From: an uncultured Clostridia bacterium
Lineage (GTDB): Bacteria; Bacillota; Clostridia; TANB77; CAG-508
Length of the DNA stretch: 64,000 nt
Direction: 5' to 3'
Assembly (NCBI GenBank): GCA_944386755.1
Contig: CALXCF010000005.1
Span: 14,018-78,017 of the forward strand
The notes under the pieces are model-generated. The model was not told where the DNA came from and made no database searches. It saw nothing but the letters and a program-made list of their open reading frames with translations. The translations under genes were made by a program, and so were the position numbers. Shown here in pieces: positions 9,233 to 19,089 of the stretch; the first letter of the stretch is position 1, and each line of letters opens with the position of its first letter.

Positions 9233-9970
9233 TTAATTAATATATTGACTCTCTCCTGTAGCATAATCAATACTTACATTTGGCTGCACATTATAACAAT
9301 ATATATTGAATTGTATTCCAGCTCCGGAATCTTCTACAGAATACGCTTCCATCTGTACACCACTGGCTACAAGATCACTCTCATCAAAAATAGGTGTTAC
9401 TCGATAAAGAACGTGATTATCTGTTTCTTCAACATAATCTGCAATATCATTTTCAAAAGGCAGCATTCCTTCTACATTTAAGTACCTTGTACCTGTAATC
9501 AAGTTTTTATCATTAGCATCTTCCCCGGCAAGCTGATGTCCAATCAAGTGGCAGCGATTATATAAGTATTCTCCATCGTATTCTTCCTGAATCCAACCAG
9601 TCGGTTCGACATCACTTATATCTTCTCTTTCCTTGGTTGGCATTAACTCTTGACATATATTTGCATATGCAGCTCCGCATCGTCCAAAGTCATCCAACTC
9701 GCTGTATGTTTCAAATGGCTCGGTTGTGTAATCATCTTCATCAAAATCCGGCACATTGTTATTGATAATTACATATGGCTCTCCGGAAAACTCTGGAATA
9801 TGATCTAAGTCAACCGAATATGTTTGAGTTGTTTCAGTTATTGTGGTTGTATTCTGAAAATCTTTGTTTTCTGTATTTATTCCAAAATATCCAGCAATAA
9901 CAATTACAACAATAAATATAACTGACAATAGTATTTGCTGTTGCTTTTTACTTATTTTTCTTTTACTCAT
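9233..9970 (-). CDS. Membrane-anchored/secreted DNA/RNA non-specific endonuclease
   Basis: N-terminal TM segment (QQILLSVIFIVVIVIAGYFGI). NRCHLIGHQLAGEDANDKNLITGTRYLN matches the active-site block of the Endonuclease_NS family. Confidence 0.8.
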   Translation of the reverse strand: MSKRKISKKQQQILLSVIFIVVIVIAGYFGINTENKDFQNTTTITETTQTYSVDLDHIPEFSGEPYVIINNNVPDFDEDDYTTEPFETYSELDDFGRCGAAYANICQELMPTKEREDISDVEPTGWIQEEYDGEYLYNRCHLIGHQLAGEDANDKNLITGTRYLNVEGMLPFENDIADYVEETDNHVLYRVTPIFDESDLVASGVQMEAYSVEDSGAGIQFNIYCYNVQPNVSIDYATGESQYIN

Positions 9971-10169
9971 TTCATTCTCCTATCACAAATTTCTTCTTGT
10001 ATTATATCATTAAGTTCGATTTTTGTCAGTATTTGTAAGAATATTTTATAAAAAGAGTGGATAGTATAACCTTACTTACTATCCATCATAGCTATAGGTC
10101 AGATAAGCTATGTAGTTTTTTTAGCCGAGTGTGCTAAGGGGTGTATTATTAGGAGAACAATGTAAGTGT

Positions 10170-10379
10170 CTAAATGTAGATTGTTATGGATTTTACCAAG
10201 GACTTGTAAAAAGGTTTGCTATCATAACTTTCAACCTTTTTTATCACATCATAATCCATATAATAATTCATTGTCTTTTTAATTTTTTTGACTTTACCGT
10301 TACAAAATATTCCATTAAGGGTTCTTACACAAACCTTATCGTGCGGAGACATTTTTGCTAATTCTTCTCTTAATGTCAT
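10170..10379 (-). CDS. Hypothetical small protein
   Basis: I moved the start to ATG 10379 (MTLREELAKM...), which has AAAGGA 8 nt upstream. The track start lies inside the palindrome. Confidence 0.5.
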   Translation of the reverse strand: MTLREELAKMSPHDKVCVRTLNGIFCNGKVKKIKKTMNYYMDYDVIKKVESYDSKPFYKSLVKSITIYI

Positions 10380-10399
10380 ATCCATAGTCCTTTCTGTTT

Positions 10400-10415
10400 T
10401 TGGCAAATTTGCCAA
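10400..10415. promoter_or_regulatory. Palindromic site TTGGCAAATTTGCCAA (copy 2 of 5)
   Basis: Perfect palindrome directly 5' of the RBS of the 10379 gene. Confidence 0.6.
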
Positions 10416-10430
10416 AAATCAATATTCCGT

Positions 10431-10868
10431 TTATTTTGTTATATCTTCGCTACAATATTCAGCAACACTTGTATACAGCTCATCTTTTAACTTTTGTACT
10501 GTTCGTTTGTACGAAAAAATATTTGGATTCGATTCGCCGTTATTCAGCACGGTCTTATCATATTCGCTTAATTTATAGTAATGTCCATTTATCATATCAA
10601 GATATTGATTGCAAATATCAGTTTCTCGTGCTTTAGTAAGAGCATAGTAATATCGGCTAAGGCTTTTATCTTTTCTGTGTAATTGGGCTTTGCTGTATAA
10701 CAGTCTTATTATTTCACGATCCAATCCTTTTTGCCCTTCTTTTGAATAAACTTCACTAAGGAAATCACTCTCGTAATAATGCTCTTTCTCATCAATGATT
10801 GTACGGACAATAACACAGTTATTTACAATTTCAATTCCGTCAATTATTTTAAACAAAATTTCTGGCAT
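10431..10868 (-). CDS. Hypothetical protein
   Basis: 145-aa ORF, co-directional with its neighbours. Confidence 0.55.
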   Translation of the reverse strand: MPEILFKIIDGIEIVNNCVIVRTIIDEKEHYYESDFLSEVYSKEGQKGLDREIIRLLYSKAQLHRKDKSLSRYYYALTKARETDICNQYLDMINGHYYKLSEYDKTVLNNGESNPNIFSYKRTVQKLKDELYTSVAEYCSEDITK

Positions 10869-10894
10869 AATCTCTTATCCTCAAAATATCTTCT

Positions 10895-11341
10895 TTAAAT
10901 ATCTTTTTCAATTTCGTCAAGCTGTAGTTTATCAACTTCGTTAGAATTTTCTCTTATTTTATTATTTTTCCATTCGTTAATAAATAAGGAATTTTCCGAT
11001 AATGTTGTAAATCCAATTCCTTCGCAATAATATCCTCTGGATATACCACTGTCTTTTGGTGAAAGTATTATAATGTCGCTTACACTCAAAGAATGTCCTA
11101 CATAATCGTGTGGTTTTTCTTTTGTGTTAAATTCTGTAAACAGAGATTCCAGAGTATTTAGTATTGCGGTTTTATCATTAAGATCTACAGCTTCTGTGTC
11201 AATCTCATTTTCGTATACTTTTCTATAATTTTCAGCCTTGACATCATCAATTCCATTTGGCAAGTCTTTTGAGTCAAAGAATCGTTTATAACGATTCTCT
11301 TCGCTATCCTTTAATTGTAATATTTCGTATTTTACCTTCAT
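10895..11341 (-). CDS. YodL-like domain protein (common in Firmicutes conjugative elements)
   Basis: YEILQLKD...NYRKVYENEI...LESLFTEFN...P.DYVGHSLSVSDIIIL matches the YodL-like pattern. Confidence 0.6.
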   Translation of the reverse strand: MKVKYEILQLKDSEENRYKRFFDSKDLPNGIDDVKAENYRKVYENEIDTEAVDLNDKTAILNTLESLFTEFNTKEKPHDYVGHSLSVSDIIILSPKDSGISRGYYCEGIGFTTLSENSLFINEWKNNKIRENSNEVDKLQLDEIEKDI

Positions 11342-11457
11342 TATTTTTCCTTCCTTAATTCATTTATTTGTTTTGCAAGTTCTGTTAATGCAATTATAAA
11401 CTCATCTGGTTCTGGTTTTCCCTCTGGGAACATCAGATCTTTTAAATCTTCTGACAT
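11341..11457 (-). CDS. Possible 38-aa protein, translationally coupled (TAATG) to the YodL-like gene
   Basis: My own translation is MSEDLKDLMFPEGKPEPDEFIIALTELAKQINELRKEK. The stop overlaps ATG 11341. Confidence 0.35.
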   Translation of the reverse strand: MSEDLKDLMFPEGKPEPDEFIIALTELAKQINELRKEK

Positions 11458-11675
11458 TGTTATCACATCCTTTCGATAACAATGTAACAGATACTCTGCA
11501 CAAAAAATGTCAATCTGTGTTTTCGTTAATCTGCATTAATGATCTGAATATTCTTTCTTAATTTTTGTTTATTAAATCAATAAACTTTTTAGCAAAAATA
11601 AGTTATACTTATTTTTGAAAGAATTTCTTTCACATTCGTCCATAAACCAATTTTATTTGTTTGGAGGTTTTTATT

Positions 11676-11993
11676 ATGCGAAACGAATTAGATCTGTACA
11701 ATTCCGGTTTACCTCTTGAGGAAATAGGTATTAATTTATTCAACGAATCTATTTCTTCATCAAATGCTTTTGCAAAAGCCGTTGGAGATTTCACTTCCGC
11801 TCTTGGCAAGCCTATTTTGGATTACAAAAGGCTTGATGCGATGGAAACAACAATCATTATTGTTTCCAAACGACACGCAGATGTGAAAAAGACAGCTATA
11901 CAATCTCTTGAAAATGTCCTTATGAATGAACGGCTTTGTCCGGAAGCACAAGTACGAGCTGTAGATGCAATATACAAGTTAGCCAATGGGTGA
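11676..11993 (+). CDS. Hypothetical protein (the only plus-strand gene in the element arm)
   Basis: ATG 11676 lies 8 nt after GGAGG (MRNELDLYNSG...). Confidence 0.55.
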   Translation: MRNELDLYNSGLPLEEIGINLFNESISSSNAFAKAVGDFTSALGKPILDYKRLDAMETTIIIVSKRHADVKKTAIQSLENVLMNERLCPEAQVRAVDAIYKLANG

Positions 11994-12004
11994 GGGTTAA
12001 TCCT

Positions 12005-12217
12005 TCACCTTTTCTTTTTTGCATATGTTTTATAAGCATTTGCTCCAATCAAACCTTTATATAGTTTAAATAATCCACTGCCAAGACCATTATTTAATTC
12101 TTCCTCTATAACCTCTTTTCCATCATCTCCATCTTGCATCATTTCCATATAACAAGTTACGGCTGTTATTATGGCTGTTCTTTCTTCTCCTGTAAGAGAG
12201 ATTTGTATTCCCTTCAT
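12005..12217 (-). CDS. Hypothetical 70-aa protein
   Basis: Start taken at ATG 12217 (MKGIQISLTGEE...). The upstream part of the track ORF is the duplicated leader module. Confidence 0.5.
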   Translation of the reverse strand: MKGIQISLTGEERTAIITAVTCYMEMMQDGDDGKEVIEEELNNGLGSGLFKLYKGLIGANAYKTYAKKKR

Positions 12218-12262
12218 TTTATAAAGTCCTTTAAAATAAATTAAGAGATGTGGCAAAGTATT

Positions 12263-12370
12263 CACTTTTCCCTCATCTCTGTCTTTATTATACCACTTGT
12301 GGTATGTTTTTTCTATTGGCATTTTATACAAACTTTTACTCTCTTTTTTGTGCAGTTTGTATGTTTTACA
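12263..12370 (-). promoter_or_regulatory. Duplicated ~108-bp promoter/leader-like module, copy 1
   Basis: ~90% identical to 25991..26098. On the minus strand it contains TGGTATAAT (an extended -10). It is followed by the hairpin AGAGATG(12280..12274)/CATCTCT(12250..12244) and then T-rich sequence. It sits right after the terminator at 12441..12475. Confidence 0.55.
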
Positions 12371-12440
12371 TCATTTGCTACTATTAAAAACATTTATTCC
12401 TTAAATACTATAATAACTATAAGCAGTCGGTTTGTCAAGT

Positions 12441-12475
12441 AAAAAATAAAGACAAGCATATTTCAGCTTGCCTTT
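12441..12475 (-). terminator. Rho-independent terminator after the M23 hydrolase gene
   Basis: On the minus strand: AAAGGCAAGC-loop-GCTTGTCTTT followed by ATTTTTT. Confidence 0.7.
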
Positions 12476-12480
12476 AAATG

Positions 12481-14178
12481 TTATTCTAAATAACTAAGTG
12501 GATTGACTCTTTTGCCATTTACCCTAACTTCAAAGTGACAATGAGGTCCGGTAGAATTACCTGTCGAACCGCTTTTGGCTATAACCTGACCTTTCTTTAC
12601 AGTGTCACCTACACCTACCAGTAATTTAGAATTATGTGCATATAATGTAGAAATACCGTTTCCGTGATCTACAATAATATAGTGTCCATAACTGTAGTTA
12701 AGTTCTTTGGCTACTATAATTTTACCATCGGCTGCTGCACATACATCTGTGCCTGTAGCAACTGCAAAATCTACTCCACCGTGATATTTACCGGAAGAAT
12801 AATTTGGAAATCCGGCTGAGATATTTCTGGATGAAGTTGGATAACTGAATTTTTCGCTTATTGTTCCGTCTCCGGTTGATCCAGAAACAGAACCAGTATT
12901 AACCGATGCACCTCTCTTTTCATCAATCAGCTTCATAAATCCATCTGTTTCGTAATATTCACAAATAATGTCTATTGTACTCGCTGGCAAAGTCCTTTCG
13001 TTATCTCGAAGTCCTTTTTGTTCGTAAAAGTTTTGAACGACTGTGTAATTATCGTTAAGCCAGTCTATATAATCATATACTTCCGAACTTTCAACATACA
13101 AATTGGCTTTTTTGAATTGATTTAATATGTATTGCTCGGCGTTATCGTATTGAATATCCATATCAAGCCCATAGATAACAGCACAAGGAGCTTTCCAGTC
13201 AACTGTTGAACTAATTTCCTCTTCGATGTTATCCATATAATCAACATAGCTATTCAATACACTGTCTTCCGCATTTTCGCCGAAAACGGAGCTTCTACTA
13301 CTAAATAATCCAACCACAACAAGAAGAACGACAACAATTATCAGAATAACAGGTAATGCCTTAATTAATAATGGAATCAGAGATTTAATTAAGCTGACAA
13401 TGGCATTAATTACAGCTTTTGTTATTCTAACCGTTACTTTTAAGAGAGTGGATCTTACTTTTTGTCTGAGTTTTCTTGTTGACAAATCTGCAATTTTCCC
13501 TACTCCTCTTTTTGAAAAACTTTTCAAATCAGAGGAAAAGGCTTCTCCAATATTTCCCTCACTTGCTGTCTGTATTTGTTTTCCTTTTTGAGCAAGATAT
13601 TTAGAACCTCTGTTAATTACTTGCTTTGTTTTTATGCCTTTAGAAACAATTTTTGAATTTCTTTTGGTATGTGCAACTTTCGTTTGAATTTTATTCTTTT
13701 GGAAATTGCCATTACCTTCAATATCTGTTTCTGTCAGATCCTCTCCAACTTTTGTTCTTATTTTTGAATCATTATTCTTATTCGCAGAAGCAGGATTGTT
13801 AAAATGTTCATTTTCTGATTCGTTCGGATTTTCGTTACCATCTACAGCGGTTTTGGCATTTTTGCCAAAATTTGAATGTACTCCGGTATTTATATTACTA
13901 TCAGAATTTTGAGTGTCAGTTCCTGATGTGTCGTTTTCCCCGACATTTGTTTGAACTCCATCTGTTTCATTAACACCTGTTGTTATTCCGTCTGTATTCT
14001 CTTGTTCGATATTGGTTTCCAGTCGAGATTCTAATTTCTGAACTCTTTTATCTGAATACCATTTGTTGATGTCATTCGTGATCGTTAGTGCTGCATTTTC
14101 AATATTAGCTTTTTTTATGGTTTCATCAGCTTTTGCTGATCCGGTGTCTCTACTAAGGTTATTATAATTATCACTCAA
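12481..14178 (-). CDS. Conjugation-associated cell-wall hydrolase with C-terminal M23 (LytM) peptidase domain
   Basis: GGVDFAVATGTDV...GHYIIVDHGNGISTLYAHNSKL...GSTGNSTGPHCHFEV is an M23 signature. A central TM segment is present. Confidence 0.85.
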   Translation of the reverse strand: MSDNYNNLSRDTGSAKADETIKKANIENAALTITNDINKWYSDKRVQKLESRLETNIEQENTDGITTGVNETDGVQTNVGENDTSGTDTQNSDSNINTGVHSNFGKNAKTAVDGNENPNESENEHFNNPASANKNNDSKIRTKVGEDLTETDIEGNGNFQKNKIQTKVAHTKRNSKIVSKGIKTKQVINRGSKYLAQKGKQIQTASEGNIGEAFSSDLKSFSKRGVGKIADLSTRKLRQKVRSTLLKVTVRITKAVINAIVSLIKSLIPLLIKALPVILIIVVVLLVVVGLFSSRSSVFGENAEDSVLNSYVDYMDNIEEEISSTVDWKAPCAVIYGLDMDIQYDNAEQYILNQFKKANLYVESSEVYDYIDWLNDNYTVVQNFYEQKGLRDNERTLPASTIDIICEYYETDGFMKLIDEKRGASVNTGSVSGSTGDGTISEKFSYPTSSRNISAGFPNYSSGKYHGGVDFAVATGTDVCAAADGKIIVAKELNYSYGHYIIVDHGNGISTLYAHNSKLLVGVGDTVKKGQVIAKSGSTGNSTGPHCHFEVRVNGKRVNPLSYLE

Positions 14179-14192
14179 TTACTCTCACATCC

Positions 14193-16649
14193 TTACACTC
14201 TTGCTTTTTGCAAGGTTGATGTTTGATTAAGCTCATAAATATAATAGTCTTCCGGAACTTTCAGCTTAAATGCAACTATATCTTCACCGTAAACGATTAA
14301 CCCCTGCCCTGCCGGTGAATCGGTAACATATTGAGCTTCCTCATCAGAAATTCCAAAGATTTGACATATAGGCGGCAAATCTAAGGCTTTTTGTTTTAGG
14401 ATAGCTGCAAATTCACTATTAGACAATATGTTTCTGCCTTGCTCACAGCGAAGCACATCTTCAATGTTCTGTGTGATGATTGTGGGTAATGCTCCGTATT
14501 TTCTTGCTATTTTATAAATTCTCTCGATATAATCGGCTGAGAATTTATTATCAAGCATAATGTGGAACTCATCAATAAAAATCCAAGTGTTTTTGCCTTC
14601 GTTTCTGTTCTTGGATATTTTATTCATAATGTATTCCAGAACAACAAGATAACCTGTTGTCTTCATACTTTTTGTAAGTTTAGAAAGATCAAACGAAACA
14701 AGCCGATTCTGTATTTCTACATTTGTACGCTTGGCGAATATGTCCATTCCACCCTTTACATATCTTTCAAGGATAAGCATAAGATTTTGGGCTTCGCCTT
14801 CTTTAAATCCTTTTAACTGTTCGTAGAATTTTGGAAAATCTGGCTCATACGCTTCGTCATCAGGATGTTCCAGATAGTCTTCGTATAGTATTTTTGAACA
14901 TCTGTCGATGATGGATTTCTGCTCACCTGTTAATCCTGAGCCACCGACTATACTTTCTATAAATGCCAGTACATATTCCATTTTGGCTTTGATTGGATCT
15001 TCTTCATCATCCACATATTCAAGTGAAATATCAAATGGATTAATATGCGTTCCGGCACTTGTAGACATTTTTATTGTTTGACCGTTAAAATCATTTATGA
15101 TTTTAGCATACTCAGATTGATAGTCTACAATGATTATATCATCCTGAGGATACCTAAGTAGGATTTGTTCAATATTTGTTTTGACAAAGAATGATTTACC
15201 TGAACCAGATGTAGCCAACACTGCTCCGTTTCCGTTCATAAGCATTTTCCTGTCTGCGAATACAATATTCTTTGATACCATATCCATACCATAAAATATT
15301 GATTTTTCGTGTAGAAGTTGTTTACTGTTAAACGGTACTGATGTAGCTGTTGCTTCACTTGTAAGGCTGCGTTGAAATTGTAAAGTATTATGACCGAACG
15401 GCAACAAGTTAATCATTCCTTCAAGTTGCTGCCAGTCAAGTGTTCTCATTGTAACAATGCTTTCAGAAGCAATTTTATTTACTTTTTGCGTAATCTGATT
15501 CAGCTCTTTTAAGCTCTTTGCAATAATACAAACTAAGATGTTTTTTGTGAATAGCTTTTGCTTTTTCTTTGTAAGTGCATCTCTCAAAGCCAAAGCATCT
15601 GCTAATCTCTCCTCTAACTTCTCGTCACGTGTTGCAGCATAATCATATCCGTTCTTGTTCGCTCTTTTTATCTTTGCAAGACGTTCATCCTTCATTCCGG
15701 AGATTTTTTTATCAAGCATTTTTATAACCTTTGACGGATCTGTTGCGTTAATGTTTTCTGTGACAATGATGTTCGCATCATCAATAGTTGTCAGATTGTT
15801 ATAAAACTGAGGTGTAATGCTCTTGGGCAACTTATCAACATACATCACTTTAATATATTTCTCGTTGCCTATTGAAATATAGTTTTTTTCTTTGAAACTG
15901 ATGTCCTCTTGTGGTGAAAGAACATCATAAATGCAGAGTTCTTCATTTACCTCGTCATTTATAAGGTCTTCACACTCTGGCATATCTTGTTTCAATGTAT
16001 GGATATGGAACACATTATATAAAAGCTCTAATCTTTCGTTAATGCTCCATCTTCTTACTCTTGATCCGAAGAGTTTGAATTTTTCTTCCAGCTTGAGCTG
16101 ATATTCCATAAACAGGTCTTTTGCTTCGTCTAAGTTCTCAGCTTCAACCGTTATTACAATCAACCGTGTCTCACACAATACTTCGTTCTGATGTCCAATC
16201 ACACTGGAAATAAGCTCGTTAAATTCTTCCGTGAGTTTCCTTTCGTTATCGGAATAGTTGTCTTTGCACTGATATATAAATCTGTTTTTATAGTCTTTTG
16301 TTTCCTCAATTGTGCTTGTATGAATAATTTGTATGTGTTCGTTTACATTGTGAGAGTTAAGAAAAGCTACATATTTTAGAAAAATACTTTCTTGTATTTC
16401 GCTTCCGGCTTTTGAAAATGATATATCACTATACTCATAACAAACGCTATAGTGATTATCGTCAATTCTCATAATCCCCGATTTTAAATCAGCTTCTTTA
16501 AAAAATAACTCCATTATCTGTGGAGTTATTTTTGGCATTGCAAGCGTTGTTCTTTTTTTGATTTTCTTCTGTTTTTCAGAAGATTCCGGTTTTGTATTTT
16601 CTTTTGTATTGTTTTCTTTGTCTTTCTTTTTGAATAACATTTTTCTCAC
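14193..16649 (-). CDS. VirB4-family type IV secretion / conjugal transfer ATPase
   Basis: 818 aa. Walker A is LATSGSGKSFFVK and Walker B-like is WIFIDEFH. Size and gene context are typical. Confidence 0.88.
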   Translation of the reverse strand: MRKMLFKKKDKENNTKENTKPESSEKQKKIKKRTTLAMPKITPQIMELFFKEADLKSGIMRIDDNHYSVCYEYSDISFSKAGSEIQESIFLKYVAFLNSHNVNEHIQIIHTSTIEETKDYKNRFIYQCKDNYSDNERKLTEEFNELISSVIGHQNEVLCETRLIVITVEAENLDEAKDLFMEYQLKLEEKFKLFGSRVRRWSINERLELLYNVFHIHTLKQDMPECEDLINDEVNEELCIYDVLSPQEDISFKEKNYISIGNEKYIKVMYVDKLPKSITPQFYNNLTTIDDANIIVTENINATDPSKVIKMLDKKISGMKDERLAKIKRANKNGYDYAATRDEKLEERLADALALRDALTKKKQKLFTKNILVCIIAKSLKELNQITQKVNKIASESIVTMRTLDWQQLEGMINLLPFGHNTLQFQRSLTSEATATSVPFNSKQLLHEKSIFYGMDMVSKNIVFADRKMLMNGNGAVLATSGSGKSFFVKTNIEQILLRYPQDDIIIVDYQSEYAKIINDFNGQTIKMSTSAGTHINPFDISLEYVDDEEDPIKAKMEYVLAFIESIVGGSGLTGEQKSIIDRCSKILYEDYLEHPDDEAYEPDFPKFYEQLKGFKEGEAQNLMLILERYVKGGMDIFAKRTNVEIQNRLVSFDLSKLTKSMKTTGYLVVLEYIMNKISKNRNEGKNTWIFIDEFHIMLDNKFSADYIERIYKIARKYGALPTIITQNIEDVLRCEQGRNILSNSEFAAILKQKALDLPPICQIFGISDEEAQYVTDSPAGQGLIVYGEDIVAFKLKVPEDYYIYELNQTSTLQKARV

Positions 16650-16903
16650 TCCTTATATCTCTCTATCAACTGTGGGATTGAATAAAATGTATTTTCATTT
16701 AATTCTCTAAACATTCCGCATAAAGTTGTCTCACCGGGAACGGTTTGATATTTCAATTTTCTCTTCGTTCCGGTATACAAGATAACTTTAGTCGGAAGTA
16801 CAGGGTGTTTGTTACAAAACACCCTTATATATTTGGCATTATAATGTTCTAAATGATATTTCAAGAAATATAACTCATATTTCCTTTTTGGGTTATTTTC
16901 CAA
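16646..16903 (-). CDS. Hypothetical small conjugation-cluster protein
   Basis: 85-aa ORF that overlaps both neighbours by a few nt. Confidence 0.5.
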   Translation of the reverse strand: MENNPKRKYELYFLKYHLEHYNAKYIRVFCNKHPVLPTKVILYTGTKRKLKYQTVPGETTLCGMFRELNENTFYSIPQLIERYKE

Positions 16904-17747
16904 GTAATTTTAACAACACCTTTTTTTCGTCATCGGAAAGAGATTTCAGCTTATCGTTGAGTACATCCTCTTCTTCTGATGATTCAACAATTCTTTCTTC
17001 CTTGTCTTCAATCTCTGTATTGCTCGTGTCTTCTGATACAGGAATATCGTTTTTAATAGCGGTATTCTCTGTATTTTTGATTTCTTCGTCAGCAGTAGAA
17101 GATGCAGTTATCTCTTCTGTTTTTTGATAATCTTTTTTGAATTTATCTTCTATAACAGTTTTATTTTCAGAAGTCGTTTTATCTGAATTTACTACTGTTT
17201 CCGAAAGATTATCAGATTGTGAAATATCATTATCAGGCTCTGAAACAGTCGGTTTGTCTTTAAAAAGATAACCGTATTTTTTCTTGGCTTTTTGAAGTTC
17301 CTTTTCCTGTTTTTCCTTGGCTTTGATTTGTTTTGGAGTCAGTTCTCCATTGCTGTTTTCAATAGGAACAATCTTTGAGGATTGTTTTTTATTCTTGTTT
17401 TTCTTCTCTTCCAATAACTTCTGGTATTCTTTTATTGTCATATATTTGATTGGTTTTCCAAATACAAAATAATGACGATACCAGAACGGCATAATCTTTT
17501 CAGCAGGGAGATTGTGAATTTTTACAAATCCTATAAAGCCGACAATTCCGGCTTCAAGAATTACAATATAACTGGCTATGTCCTCAGTTATAAATGTAAC
17601 TCTTGGCAATATTATATATGTGGGAACAACTAAAGCGACAATTAATGCTGCAAATAGCCATTGCCTAAATGTCATAATGCCTATTTTTTCTTTATAATCA
17701 TTTATTTCATCGAATATTTGAATTTCTATTTCATCCATTGTTATCAC
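16893..17747 (-). CDS. TcpE/PrgI-family membrane protein with long acidic C-terminal tail
   Basis: The N-terminus EKIGIMTFRQWLFAALIVALVVPTYIILP plus a second TM segment is the PrgI/TcpE pattern. Confidence 0.6.
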   Translation of the reverse strand: MITMDEIEIQIFDEINDYKEKIGIMTFRQWLFAALIVALVVPTYIILPRVTFITEDIASYIVILEAGIVGFIGFVKIHNLPAEKIMPFWYRHYFVFGKPIKYMTIKEYQKLLEEKKNKNKKQSSKIVPIENSNGELTPKQIKAKEKQEKELQKAKKKYGYLFKDKPTVSEPDNDISQSDNLSETVVNSDKTTSENKTVIEDKFKKDYQKTEEITASSTADEEIKNTENTAIKNDIPVSEDTSNTEIEDKEERIVESSEEEDVLNDKLKSLSDDEKKVLLKLLGK

Positions 17748-17751
17748 TCCT

Positions 17752-18639
17752 TTACGATCTTCCGAAGATCCTTTCAGAAAACTCGTGGCTTAACTGAATA
17801 ACAGCAATAAACAGTGCGTTCATAATCAGCATACCGATTATTGTGTTAAACGGCGATGATCCGTTGGTTGCCACATCAGCCAATCCTCTGCCATATACCC
17901 AAGAGCCGATTAATATAACAATAGATTCAAATCCAACACCGGCAGCGTACATAAAATACGAAATTGCTTTTCCTCTGAATGTCTCTCCTTCTACCGCCAT
18001 TGAAATTGGTACAGGTGAAAAAGCCATACATAGCATTAGCTTGACAACTCTCAAGAGTACCTGTGCCCAGATCTGAACTATACTTCCAATAAAAGGAATC
18101 GCAAGGATTAAATATAATACAAAGCCAACAAGCACATCACCTAACCCGTCCATCTGATTGAATGTGTCAATAATTGCTTGTGCAATAGAAGTTTGTGCTG
18201 CGGTTTCGGCTAATCTGGATGAAACAGATGTATATACACCATTTACAATATTCATTACAATTGTCAGCAATGAATAAGATTTTTCAATAAGTGCTTTTAT
18301 TAGGAAAAAATAACACCCCCACAAAAGCACTCTTTCCCACGAAACCTTTTCGATTTCTGTAAACCGTTTTATAAGGCTTATCATAAAGAATAGAGTAAGT
18401 AACGATAAAGCAATCGGAACAACTATTGTATTTATAGTTTCACCAATCGTATAAATAGATAAATTACTGGTTTTTGAGAAGTCTGTAAGTTGTTGAATTG
18501 TGCCAGCCATATCTGTTGTTGAAAATTCAACTCCAAATAAGCGTAATCCGTCAATGGTATATATTTTTGATATAGCAGTACCAGCACCATTTTTTATATT
18601 ATCAACTAACGTATTCAGAGCATCTTCAATCCAACTCAT
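17752..18639 (-). CDS. VirB6-like polytopic membrane protein of the T4SS
   Basis: 295 aa with at least 5 hydrophobic segments, positioned between the pilin-like and TcpE genes. Confidence 0.6.
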   Translation of the reverse strand: MSWIEDALNTLVDNIKNGAGTAISKIYTIDGLRLFGVEFSTTDMAGTIQQLTDFSKTSNLSIYTIGETINTIVVPIALSLLTLFFMISLIKRFTEIEKVSWERVLLWGCYFFLIKALIEKSYSLLTIVMNIVNGVYTSVSSRLAETAAQTSIAQAIIDTFNQMDGLGDVLVGFVLYLILAIPFIGSIVQIWAQVLLRVVKLMLCMAFSPVPISMAVEGETFRGKAISYFMYAAGVGFESIVILIGSWVYGRGLADVATNGSSPFNTIIGMLIMNALFIAVIQLSHEFSERIFGRS

Positions 18640-18676
18640 TGTTCATCACCACCCTTATATTCCGCTTTTTTATTTA

Positions 18677-19069
18677 TTAAGCAGAAAATCCGAAAGCTGA
18701 CGGAGCTGCACCAATAGCTGCAACCATAAATCCAGCCATTATTGTAAGCAATCCTCTGCTTTTTCCTTCCGAGTCTTCACGTTGCCAGCCGAGAGCGAAC
18801 ATTACACCGCCGACCATTGCTACAACAACGCCGATCTTAATCAGCCACTTTCCTATTTCTGCAACAAATTTGTCTATGCTTGCTGTTGAAGCTGCAAAAA
18901 CTGTCATAGGTGACATTGCAGTTACAAGTGATGCTCCACAGAAGGTAGCAATGAGCTTAGGCATCTTTTTAGTAAACCGAGTATTTTTCACTTCTTCCTG
19001 TAACTCAGATGCCTTATTTATATATTTTACGTATAAATCATATATTTTTTTCTTCAATTTTCTAAACAT
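18677..19069 (-). CDS. Maff2-family small membrane protein (VirB2-like candidate)
   Basis: Start at ATG 19069 (MFRKLKKK...). AMVGGVMFALGWQREDSEGKSRGLLTIMAGFMVAAIG resembles Maff2. Confidence 0.55.
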   Translation of the reverse strand: MFRKLKKKIYDLYVKYINKASELQEEVKNTRFTKKMPKLIATFCGASLVTAMSPMTVFAASTASIDKFVAEIGKWLIKIGVVVAMVGGVMFALGWQREDSEGKSRGLLTIMAGFMVAAIGAAPSAFGFSA

Positions 19070-19089
19070 AATAAAATATTCCTTTCTTT

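Noticed and set aside
9088-9270. 60-aa version of this ORF, overlapping the nuclease gene's 3' end.
   Set aside because: The upstream part overlaps the 9233..9970 CDS. Only the 39-aa version from ATG 9207 has an RBS, and even that is kept at low confidence.
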